From NCBI GenBank assembly GCA_965222225.1, contig CBDCTK010000002.1, forward strand, positions 5,408,001-5,472,000: a stretch of 64,000 nucleotides of DNA, in the 5' to 3' direction. The translations under genes were made by a program, and so were the position numbers. Source of the DNA: Candidatus Poribacteria bacterium (GTDB lineage: Bacteria > Poribacteria > WGA-4E > JAJDTR01). The number at the start of each line of letters is the position of its first letter. The first letter of the stretch is position 1. Of the stretch, positions 31,256 to 39,804 are shown piece after piece. The notes below the pieces were generated by a model. That model made no database searches, had not been told where the DNA came from, and saw only the letters and a list, made by a program, of their open reading frames with translations.

Positions 31256-34189
31256 ATGAACGACCTGACCAAAGAATTGGAACAACTCCTATTAGACCAA
31301 ATCGAAGGCGAAGTACGATTCGATCCCTATTCCAAAGTGCTGTATAGCACGGATGCAAGCCTGTATCAGATTGAACCTATTGGCGTCGTTGTACCAAAGC
31401 ACAAAGCGGATGTCCTTGCGGTAATCAAGATTGCCTATGAACGAAATGTGCCAATCCTACCACGTGGCGGGGGAACGAGCTTGGCGGGCCAGACCGTAGG
31501 AGAAGCAATCATCATCGACATGTCCAAATACATGAATGAAATCATTGAGGTCAATGTCGAGGAAAGATGGGCGAGGGTCCAACCGGGAGTCGTGGTCGAT
31601 AATTTGAATCACCATCTCGAACCGCACGGTTTGATGTATCCATTGGACGTGGCGACGAGCAGTCGAGCGAACGTGGGCGGTACAATCGGTAACAACTCAG
31701 CCGGATCACACTCCCTCATCTATGGCAAGACCATCGACCACGTCATGTCGCTTGACCTTGTGCTTCCTAACGGCGAGGAAATCATCGCAGAGCCAATGTC
31801 GGATGAAGAACTTGCGATGAAACAGGCGGGAAACTCACACGAGGCGCACATCTACCGAGAAATTTGCAGAATCGCGGCGGAAAATGAAGTCGAGATTCGG
31901 GAACGCTATCCACGCATTCTGAGGCGTGTTGCGGGATATAATCTGGATGAATACGTCCCGGATGCGGGGACGAAAGAAGTCACCCCTTACCGCCGTGATG
32001 GGTGCGACGCCGACCGGCCATTTAGCCTAGCCAAAATTGTCGTTGGATCGGAAGGCACGCTCGCAACAATTACCGAAGCTAAAATCGACCTCGTCGAAAC
32101 TCCGAAGATGACCGCACTCAACGTGCTGCACTTTGAGACCTTGATTGAGTCGATGGAGGCGATGCAGCCTATACTGGAATGCAATCCGACCGCCGTTGAA
32201 CTAATTGATGACAAAATTATTAACATGACGAAGCAGTCGCTTGAGTTCTCGCGTGTAACGAATTTCATCGAAGGTAATCCGGGTGCAATTCTGGCAGTAG
32301 AATTCTACGGCGAATCTAAGGACGAACTTCAGGAAAAACTCGACGGACTTGAGCGTAAAATGAAATCTGTCGGTTTGGGACACGCTTTCGTGCGCTGTTT
32401 TACCGCGGAAGAAAAGCAACGTGTTTGGGAAACGCGGAAGGCGGGGCTTGGATTGCTCATGGGGACGACAGGAGATCACAAACCGGTTGGGTTTGTTGAA
32501 GATGCCGCTGTTGCCATTAAGGATCTGCCGGAATATATTCGGCGCTTCGACAAGATTGTCGCTGATCACGATACAACGGCTTCCCACTATGCACACGCTA
32601 GTGTCGGATTACTCCATAATCGCCCGGTCATTAATCTCAAGTCAGAGTCGGATATCCAGAAGATGCACTCTATCGCTAGGCATGTTCGAGATTTGTTGAT
32701 GGAGCTCGGTGGGGCAATGAGTGGTGAGCACGGTGACGGGCTTGTACGCAGCGAGTGGATTGAGGGCATGTTTGGCCCACAGATTTACGGCGCCTTGCGC
32801 GAGGTCAAATCCGCTTTCGACCCGACCAACATAATGAATCCGGGCAAGATTATTGATCCGCCACCGATGACCCAATCATTGCGATTTGGGCCAAGTTATC
32901 GCACAATCAAAATCGACACCTACTTTGACTTCTCAAGCCAAGACGGGTTCGCGGGGGCGATTGAGATGTGCAATGGCGTAGGTGCGTGCCGCAAAACCTT
33001 GACAGGTACAATGTGCCCCTCTTTTGTTGGGACGCGCGAAGAAGAACATTCCACCCGCGGCAGAGCGAACGCGCTCAGAGCTGTCATTTCGGGAACGCTC
33101 GCGCGTGAAAACTTCAAGAGTGAACGACTTCATGAAGTACTCGATCTTTGCCTGGAGTGCAAAGCTTGCAAAGCGGAATGTCCATCAAATGTGGATATGG
33201 CAAAGATAAAGTACGAGTTCCTGGCCCACTACTATAAGGAACATGGACTACCCCTCCGAAACCGTCTTTTTGGAGATATAGCCCGACTTAGCAAACTCGG
33301 ATCTAGGTTTGCCCCAGTATCAAATTGGTTTTTCGGCAATTCGTTTTTCAAGGGAATACTGGAAAAGTACGTCGGAGTCGATCAACGGCGTTCATTGCCG
33401 AACTTCGTCCATAAAACTTTCGAGAAGCGATTTTCACAGCATCGGCGCCCAACCGGAAACCAGAGGAAGCAAGTCGTACTCTTTCACGATACCTTCATGA
33501 ACTATAACTATCCTCAGGTCGGAGAAGCGGCGCTCCATGTGCTTGAAACTGCGGGGTTTGAGGTAATCTTGCCTAAGAAGAAGTGCTGCGGGCGTCCGAT
33601 GATCTCCAAGGGAATGCTTGAACAGGCCATCGAGAACGCGCGATACAATATCGAACAGTTAAAGCCCTACGCGGAAAAGGGAATCCCGATTGTCGGCTGC
33701 GAGCCTAGCTGTATCTTGGCGCTACGAGATGACTACGTCGATCTGGTTGAAGGTAGAGATGCCAAACTCGTTGGAGAGCATGCCTTCACAATTGAAGAGT
33801 TCCTGATGAATTCTCATGAGGCGGGCGAACTCAACCTCGATTTTACTGATGCCCAGAAAGACATCATTCTCCATGGACACTGTCATCAACGCGCGATTGT
33901 AGGTATCCAGCCGTCTGTGAAAGCCCTAAGCCTACCGCCGGGCTATAGTGTCGAGGTCATTGATTCAAGCTGTTGCGGTATGGCAGGCTCGTTCGGCTAT
34001 GAAAAGGAACACTACGACCTATCAATGAAAATTGGTGAACTGCGGCTCTTTGGTAAAATCAGAGAGAAGAAAGGCGATTTTGAAGTGGCAGTGGCAGGAG
34101 TTTCTTGCCGAGAACAAATTAAGCAGGGCACCGGTAAGGAACCTAAACATCTAATCGAATTGTTGGCTAATGCCATCCGCGAAAGGTAA
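31256..34189 (+). CDS. FAD-linked, Fe-S-containing oxidoreductase (GlcD-GlcF fusion, YdiJ-like)
   Basis: PRGGGTSLAGQ, GSEGTL, SGEHGDG, CNGVGAC, CLECKACKAECP, CCG domains. Confidence 0.92.
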   Translation: MNDLTKELEQLLLDQIEGEVRFDPYSKVLYSTDASLYQIEPIGVVVPKHKADVLAVIKIAYERNVPILPRGGGTSLAGQTVGEAIIIDMSKYMNEIIEVNVEERWARVQPGVVVDNLNHHLEPHGLMYPLDVATSSRANVGGTIGNNSAGSHSLIYGKTIDHVMSLDLVLPNGEEIIAEPMSDEELAMKQAGNSHEAHIYREICRIAAENEVEIRERYPRILRRVAGYNLDEYVPDAGTKEVTPYRRDGCDADRPFSLAKIVVGSEGTLATITEAKIDLVETPKMTALNVLHFETLIESMEAMQPILECNPTAVELIDDKIINMTKQSLEFSRVTNFIEGNPGAILAVEFYGESKDELQEKLDGLERKMKSVGLGHAFVRCFTAEEKQRVWETRKAGLGLLMGTTGDHKPVGFVEDAAVAIKDLPEYIRRFDKIVADHDTTASHYAHASVGLLHNRPVINLKSESDIQKMHSIARHVRDLLMELGGAMSGEHGDGLVRSEWIEGMFGPQIYGALREVKSAFDPTNIMNPGKIIDPPPMTQSLRFGPSYRTIKIDTYFDFSSQDGFAGAIEMCNGVGACRKTLTGTMCPSFVGTREEEHSTRGRANALRAVISGTLARENFKSERLHEVLDLCLECKACKAECPSNVDMAKIKYEFLAHYYKEHGLPLRNRLFGDIARLSKLGSRFAPVSNWFFGNSFFKGILEKYVGVDQRRSLPNFVHKTFEKRFSQHRRPTGNQRKQVVLFHDTFMNYNYPQVGEAALHVLETAGFEVILPKKKCCGRPMISKGMLEQAIENARYNIEQLKPYAEKGIPIVGCEPSCILALRDDYVDLVEGRDAKLVGEHAFTIEEFLMNSHEAGELNLDFTDAQKDIILHGHCHQRAIVGIQPSVKALSLPPGYSVEVIDSSCCGMAGSFGYEKEHYDLSMKIGELRLFGKIREKKGDFEVAVAGVSCREQIKQGTGKEPKHLIELLANAIRER

Positions 34190-34247
34190 AAGACGAGCAA
34201 AAGCGGAATAACATGGTTGTTCCGCCTCCAATGCCTCAAGACATTTG

Positions 34248-35819
34248 CTACGCGAGAAGTGGGAGATCGACTACGGTGATTTTGGGCCGCTTCAACACAG
34301 AGACCAGCGTAGGTCTCAACTCGGTAACCGTCTCGACTCGGAGTCCGTGCAGCCCGAATGATTCTGCGAGTTTTATGATATCCGGTTGAGGGCTCCGATG
34401 TTGGTGTTCAATAACTAATACGGAGACATTTATCCTCTGCTGTGCCGCTGTAGTGAGTTCGGAGGCCATCAGCGAGAATTCATCACGGTCCGTTACCGCG
34501 ACAATTTGGCGGTTCCGATGCGCAATCTTCGCGCCGATTGCGGCTGGAAGCGCATATCCCGCAATCCCCAAATCACACGAATGCAGGAGAGTTCGCGGCG
34601 AAGAAACATCAAAGTGATCTAGCAGAAGTTCGATTAGATGTACTCCGCTCACCGCCAGAATTGCCTCTTTGTCCAATACGGATCGCAGGATTTCTACAAT
34701 TTCGTGGTTTGTACCTTGGTTGGGCCTAAGGCCACCAAATGCGCTTGAGCCTGCCGTGGGGATTTTCCACTCGTTATGCGTCTCTAGTTCCTCGTCTCCA
34801 ATGATTTGCCTCAAAGCAGTCTTCGCATCTGCCACCATACCAATCCGCACTGGATAGTTTCTGCCAATTACCTTTTCTTCAATATCAATCTGAATGAGAT
34901 CTCTCGGCAAACGTAACTGTCCATCCTTTGTTGTGCGCCGTGACAAACTGCACCCAATCGCCATTACCGCATTGGATTGGAAAACGACAGAAGACGTTGC
35001 ATCATTGACCGCGTTCCCAATCATCCCTGCTGCGAGTGGATGCGTCGACGGAATTATTCCTTTGCTCATTGGTGTGACGTATACCGGGGCGTTTAGGAAT
35101 TCAGCGAGTTGGATGAGTTCGACTCTCGCACCTGCCGACACAACTCCGCCACCTGCGACAATCGCGGGATACTTTGCATGAGTCATCATTTCTGCGACGA
35201 GCGTGGTAAGGTGCGAGGTAAGCATGTTGAAGTATGCCGCTAGTGGAGCACCCTGAGAAACATTTCCTCTGGAAGGGAGAAACTCGGTTGATTCACTCTC
35301 TAATACATCAGACGGGATTTCTAAATGAACGGGCCCCGGGCTGCCAGATTCTATTAGCTCAAATGCTTGGCCAATCGTTTGAAAAATCTCTTCACGATTT
35401 TCGACTCGCCAATTCCATTTTGTTACGGCGTCGAATAGTTTCTGCAAGTCCACATGATTGAAGGGGGCGCGATGACGGTCTAACGGTATCTCGGATGCTA
35501 AATCATCGACAAACATCTGCTCCGTAATTAGAAGCAACGGTATGTTATCCGCATGAGCAGATGCAATCCCGGGTACTGCGCTGACCGCCGCATCTCCACC
35601 AGAAAGATGGCAAATCCCTACATTACCGGTCGCACGAGCGTATCCATCGGCCATAAGAACGGCAGCCTGAGCTGATTGTGCGGAGAAATATTGAACCTTG
35701 TCGGATTTCTCTACGGCATCACGAATCTTTGAAGCACCTTCTCCCGGCAGTCCGAAGACAGTATTAACCCCGTGCAATTCAAGCAACTCAACAATTAAAT
35801 CATCACCGGATCTTACCAA
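34248..35819 (-). CDS. Acetolactate-synthase-like ThDP-enzyme homolog lacking catalytic/cofactor motifs
   Basis: VFGLPG, MADGYARATG, PGPVHLEIP and LPAAIGAK are present, but RHE reads QSA and GDG reads TDR. Confidence 0.85.
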   Translation of the reverse strand: MVRSGDDLIVELLELHGVNTVFGLPGEGASKIRDAVEKSDKVQYFSAQSAQAAVLMADGYARATGNVGICHLSGGDAAVSAVPGIASAHADNIPLLLITEQMFVDDLASEIPLDRHRAPFNHVDLQKLFDAVTKWNWRVENREEIFQTIGQAFELIESGSPGPVHLEIPSDVLESESTEFLPSRGNVSQGAPLAAYFNMLTSHLTTLVAEMMTHAKYPAIVAGGGVVSAGARVELIQLAEFLNAPVYVTPMSKGIIPSTHPLAAGMIGNAVNDATSSVVFQSNAVMAIGCSLSRRTTKDGQLRLPRDLIQIDIEEKVIGRNYPVRIGMVADAKTALRQIIGDEELETHNEWKIPTAGSSAFGGLRPNQGTNHEIVEILRSVLDKEAILAVSGVHLIELLLDHFDVSSPRTLLHSCDLGIAGYALPAAIGAKIAHRNRQIVAVTDRDEFSLMASELTTAAQQRINVSVLVIEHQHRSPQPDIIKLAESFGLHGLRVETVTELRPTLVSVLKRPKITVVDLPLLA

Positions 35820-36031
35820 TTCGTACCTCCTAATGTGCTGCGTGTGATGAATGAGACCTTAACGTCGTCACTGCGTCCAATAGTATGAGTTGTATCGTCA
35901 ACCGTGTGGGGTTTGTCATGAACTCAATAAAAGCGTTAGGGGTAAGACAACAACTGAAAAACTACTACTATCGCCTCATTTATCGAGTTGGAAACTGCTT
36001 AGTCTAAGACCTTATATTGCCTGGAGGAAAT

Positions 36032-37327
36032 GTGATTACACTGAATCCGTTAGCTAAAGAATTAAATGAGAAAATCCAATCCATGAATCCCGTTGTTTTC
36101 AACCTGTTGTCTTCACTTGGCCAGCGCTGTTATGTTCCCAAAGGTATTCTAAGCCAAAGTACGGAAGCGAATTTAAAAGCGTATCGTTCCAATGCGACCC
36201 GCGCAGTAGCACTTGAAAATGATATCGCCATGTATCTCCCGAGCTCTCGAAGGTTTGTTCCAGAGATTGCGCCCAATCTGGTCTACGGCTACGCACCGGC
36301 GCTGGGCCAAATAGAGCTGCGGAGACAATGGAGAACCAAGATAATTGTTGAAAATCCGACACTTGCCGGAAAGTCGTTCAGCACACCCATTGTTACGAGT
36401 GGAATGACACACGGTTTCAGTTTAATTGGTGACCTTTTTGTAAATGGGGGAGATGTGTTGGTCTTGCCCGATAAAATTTGGGGTAACTATCGATTAGTTT
36501 TTCAGACGAAATATGCGGCAGAGATTGTGACTTATCCTTTCTTCAATTCACTAGGAAGGTTGAATACGGAAGGGTTTTTCGAGTCCCTCATGCAAGCGGG
36601 GAAAGGACGCCAAAAGTTAATCGTAATTCTGAATTTTCCGCATAATCCCACAGGGTATGCCATTAACTTGGTGGAAGCAAAGCAAATTACCCAGGCAATC
36701 AGACAGGTCGCCGAACAGGGTGTCCGGCTTTTGGTCTTAGTTGATGACGCCTACTTTGGGTTGTGGTATGATGATAATGTCTTGCGGGAATCCCTCTTCG
36801 GATGGTTGACTAACCTCCATCCCAACATTATACCGGTCAAGATTGATGGGGCAACAAAAGAGGAGTATGCATGGGGATTGCGTGTCGGCTTTCTTACCTT
36901 CGGCCTGGACGAGGGCGAGATTAAACCGTTGGAAGAAAAGATTACCGCTCTGATTCGTGTGAGCACGTCAGGCGCCTCCCAGTTGTCACAGACGATGGTG
37001 TATCAGACGATGGACACACCCGGGTATAGAGCAGAAAAACAGCGAAAATATGAAACTCTGAAGGCTCGCGCTCTTAGAGTGAGAGAGGTTGTATACGGTC
37101 CAAGTTATAAAGGATTGTGGGAGGTGTACCCGTTTCACGCCGGATATTTTATGTGCATACGACTAAAACAAGGAAATGCTGAGGCGGTACGACAGCGTCT
37201 TCTTGACGAATACGGTATTGGCGTGATTTCGCTTGGGGATAAGGATCTCCGGATTGCCTATTCCTGTGTGGAGGAATCAGACATTCAATCACTATTTGAC
37301 ACTATCGCGAAAGCAACAAGAGCTTAG
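36032..37327 (+). CDS. PLP-dependent aminotransferase class I/II
   Basis: NFPHNPTG, DDAY, DGATKE..WGLRVG; GGAGG before the GTG start. Confidence 0.9.
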   Translation: MITLNPLAKELNEKIQSMNPVVFNLLSSLGQRCYVPKGILSQSTEANLKAYRSNATRAVALENDIAMYLPSSRRFVPEIAPNLVYGYAPALGQIELRRQWRTKIIVENPTLAGKSFSTPIVTSGMTHGFSLIGDLFVNGGDVLVLPDKIWGNYRLVFQTKYAAEIVTYPFFNSLGRLNTEGFFESLMQAGKGRQKLIVILNFPHNPTGYAINLVEAKQITQAIRQVAEQGVRLLVLVDDAYFGLWYDDNVLRESLFGWLTNLHPNIIPVKIDGATKEEYAWGLRVGFLTFGLDEGEIKPLEEKITALIRVSTSGASQLSQTMVYQTMDTPGYRAEKQRKYETLKARALRVREVVYGPSYKGLWEVYPFHAGYFMCIRLKQGNAEAVRQRLLDEYGIGVISLGDKDLRIAYSCVEESDIQSLFDTIAKATRA

Positions 37328-37499
37328 GTAGCACCGCGCTGCACCGCGTCGATTATTTGCCCGTCTTCTCTTGCTCCAACGATTCTCTTCGCTCCCACAA
37401 ATCGCTGGGTTCATAGCGTTCCACAGGTTGCAAACCTCTTGAACTATAGTGGAGACATGTTAGAGGCGAATCCCCAGTTATCCGCCCTTCCATCCTTTA

Positions 37500-37787
37500 G
37501 AGCCTGTTTGAAAAGTACAGTTTGTAGGGTGCGCACTGCGCACCAGCCTCTAAAAGCCCCAGAGTGGGATCAAGGGAGCGAATAGCGACTGCGATAGAAA
37601 TCCATGAAGGTGTAAGGTGTATAGAAACACCAAAACCCCGTGCACCTAAGCCACAGCGGGGATCAAGCGAGTGAATAACGAGTGCGATAGCAATCCCATA
37701 GGTATATAGCAGCCAACAATGAAAACATGAAAAAACTTTCTACAAATGACCAAAAATGGCTTTGCCACCGATTATTCAAACAGGTTC
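37500..37787 (+). mobile_element. MITE (TIR GAGCCTGTTTGAA / TTCAAACAGGTTC, TTA duplication) with a REP and two 36-nt elements (37568, 37661)
   Basis: TIR matches 12/13. TTA at 37497 and 37788. Confidence 0.88.
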
Positions 37788-39755
37788 TTAGAACTTACCA
37801 AATACGCGAACAAAGTTTTCCATATAGTTCTGGGCGTTTACATCGCTTGTCGCGCGCTGGTCAATGTATCGAATGCCGACGTGTAAGAACAGTTCCTTCT
37901 CATATGCCGTGAAACTTTTCTCCATTTCGGCGAGGAGGGCTTGGCGTATAAAATCGTTGTCGTCCGCAAGCATATCGTTGAAGAACAAGACTTGACCGCC
38001 GCCAGTGATTTTGATGGTTTTCGTGAACTGATAGACCGCTTTCAGAATCACCGCGGCAGTCATGTCCCGAACGTGACCATGCCCAATTTCGCGGAGGCGA
38101 ACGTGTTCGGACGTGGGCTCACCATCAATCTCACCCGTTACCCTCATGGCGTCAATGCGACTCTCCGCCATCAAAAAGCCGTTGCGAACCGTGTATTTGA
38201 GCATGGGGCTAATCTCGAGTGATTTCGATGGGCGTAGCCGATAAAGCGTTTTGACGATACCGACCTCGTAATGTCCATCCTCCTGATCGACATCAAGATT
38301 GTATCTCAGTTTTACGCGCGAGGTAGTCACCATTCGTTCAATCCCCGAATATTCCCATGTTAGTTTGACCGTATCAATAAGGTCATTCTGCATCAGCAGA
38401 GGATCTGTGCGGCGTTTCTCAACCTCGATGCCTCCTTCACCCTCGTAGAACTGGATGTCACCAGCCTCCTCCATCACCGTAACTTCGGGCAGATCTCGAT
38501 AGAGTTGCGCCTTGTCTGAACTCAAGAAGCCTGCGAAATACCACGTCTCATCCGGGATACGGTCTTTGACGAACTTAAGTTCATTCTCAAATACGACCGA
38601 GGTGTTCTGTGTAGGTTTTTTCCTGTAAACCAAGTCCCAGAATGCTTTGGTTGATGAAGCGGTAACCTCCGCGTTCCGTTCCTTGCGACTCCGCTCAAAC
38701 TGCATACCCAGTTCAAAATCGGTGGAGCTGTCTTCTCTACTGGTTTTTCGCTGCATGAGCAGCCGCACACCACGCAATCCAACATCAAACTCATAATTGG
38801 GGTCTTTGTCGTTTTCCTCTTCATCTCGGATACCATTGTTATTCCGATCGCTTTCGTCGAGAAAATCCTCATCAACATCGAACAGTAGGATATCATCCTC
38901 GTAATCAAATGTTCCGTTGTTGTTCTTGTCAAGGTCACCAGGGATAATTAGGGAAGGCGGGTCTTCTCCCGTATTATCCGTATACCTGTCCCCGTCATCG
39001 TTATCTCCGACAGAACGGGAGGCGTCAAATAGATGTCCGACGCGAAAGGCTTCAGCTTGAAATATTGTGTCCCCAACCGTCCGAAATCCTTTGAATACGG
39101 TGGTCGTAGCATCAAAACGAGAAGTGAAGGTTTCATCTAGTGCGCCTTTCGGCGTGACCGCCAATTCTCCTCTCAGACCGTAATTTGCAAAGTTCGTTTC
39201 CATGTCTATCGCCCAGACGGGCGTGTCTCGAAAATACCAAGAGAGACCGAGCTTGGATTTTCCGAACTTTGTAATTTCACGAATCCCGAAACCGGAACCT
39301 TCCAAGTCTTCACGGCCAACTACGGGATTTACAAGGCTTGGAACCATAATAAAGGTCCAATCGGTCCGCTCCGCGCGTACATCCCAACGCACCCCTGAGA
39401 AATCAATACGATCGAAGGTCGACTTTGTAAACGTAGTTGGTACTTCCCCTAGACTGAGGATATTCTTGACGTTACCGGCGGTTTCTTCAATGACCATCAC
39501 GCTGTGGAATCCGCGGCGAAACACACGATCGAAGTCAAAGTCATTCTGTCTAATCTGTTCCACATCCGTGTCCGAGAGGAAATCACGCCTGTTGGTAAAA
39601 TCATACTCCGCACGGCCTGACAGGAATAGTTTGCCGAATAAACTATATACATCTTCTGCTTCGGCTTGAAAAACCGGAATGCCCGAGAGCCAAAGAACCA
39701 TCACGCCTAAAATTGCGTAGGCCCGTAAATTAACATATGTTGAACGTTTTCTCAT
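37788..39755 (-). CDS. Putative outer-membrane beta-barrel protein with an acidic Ca-binding-like insert
   Basis: Signal peptide, amphipathic beta strands, C-terminal Phe (VRVFGKF), and D-rich repeats DLDKNNNGTFD and DRNNNGIRD. Confidence 0.65.
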   Translation of the reverse strand: MRKRSTYVNLRAYAILGVMVLWLSGIPVFQAEAEDVYSLFGKLFLSGRAEYDFTNRRDFLSDTDVEQIRQNDFDFDRVFRRGFHSVMVIEETAGNVKNILSLGEVPTTFTKSTFDRIDFSGVRWDVRAERTDWTFIMVPSLVNPVVGREDLEGSGFGIREITKFGKSKLGLSWYFRDTPVWAIDMETNFANYGLRGELAVTPKGALDETFTSRFDATTTVFKGFRTVGDTIFQAEAFRVGHLFDASRSVGDNDDGDRYTDNTGEDPPSLIIPGDLDKNNNGTFDYEDDILLFDVDEDFLDESDRNNNGIRDEEENDKDPNYEFDVGLRGVRLLMQRKTSREDSSTDFELGMQFERSRKERNAEVTASSTKAFWDLVYRKKPTQNTSVVFENELKFVKDRIPDETWYFAGFLSSDKAQLYRDLPEVTVMEEAGDIQFYEGEGGIEVEKRRTDPLLMQNDLIDTVKLTWEYSGIERMVTTSRVKLRYNLDVDQEDGHYEVGIVKTLYRLRPSKSLEISPMLKYTVRNGFLMAESRIDAMRVTGEIDGEPTSEHVRLREIGHGHVRDMTAAVILKAVYQFTKTIKITGGGQVLFFNDMLADDNDFIRQALLAEMEKSFTAYEKELFLHVGIRYIDQRATSDVNAQNYMENFVRVFGKF

Positions 39756-39804
39756 TAAGGAGTCCTTCGTTAGATTGGTGCGCAAGAGACGATCACTCGA
39801 ATCT

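Noticed and set aside
11737-37697. 36-nt element as DGR template/variable repeats
   Set aside because: Variation is not adenine-specific on either strand, many adenines are invariant, the changes are compensatory pairs, and there is no reverse transcriptase in the window.
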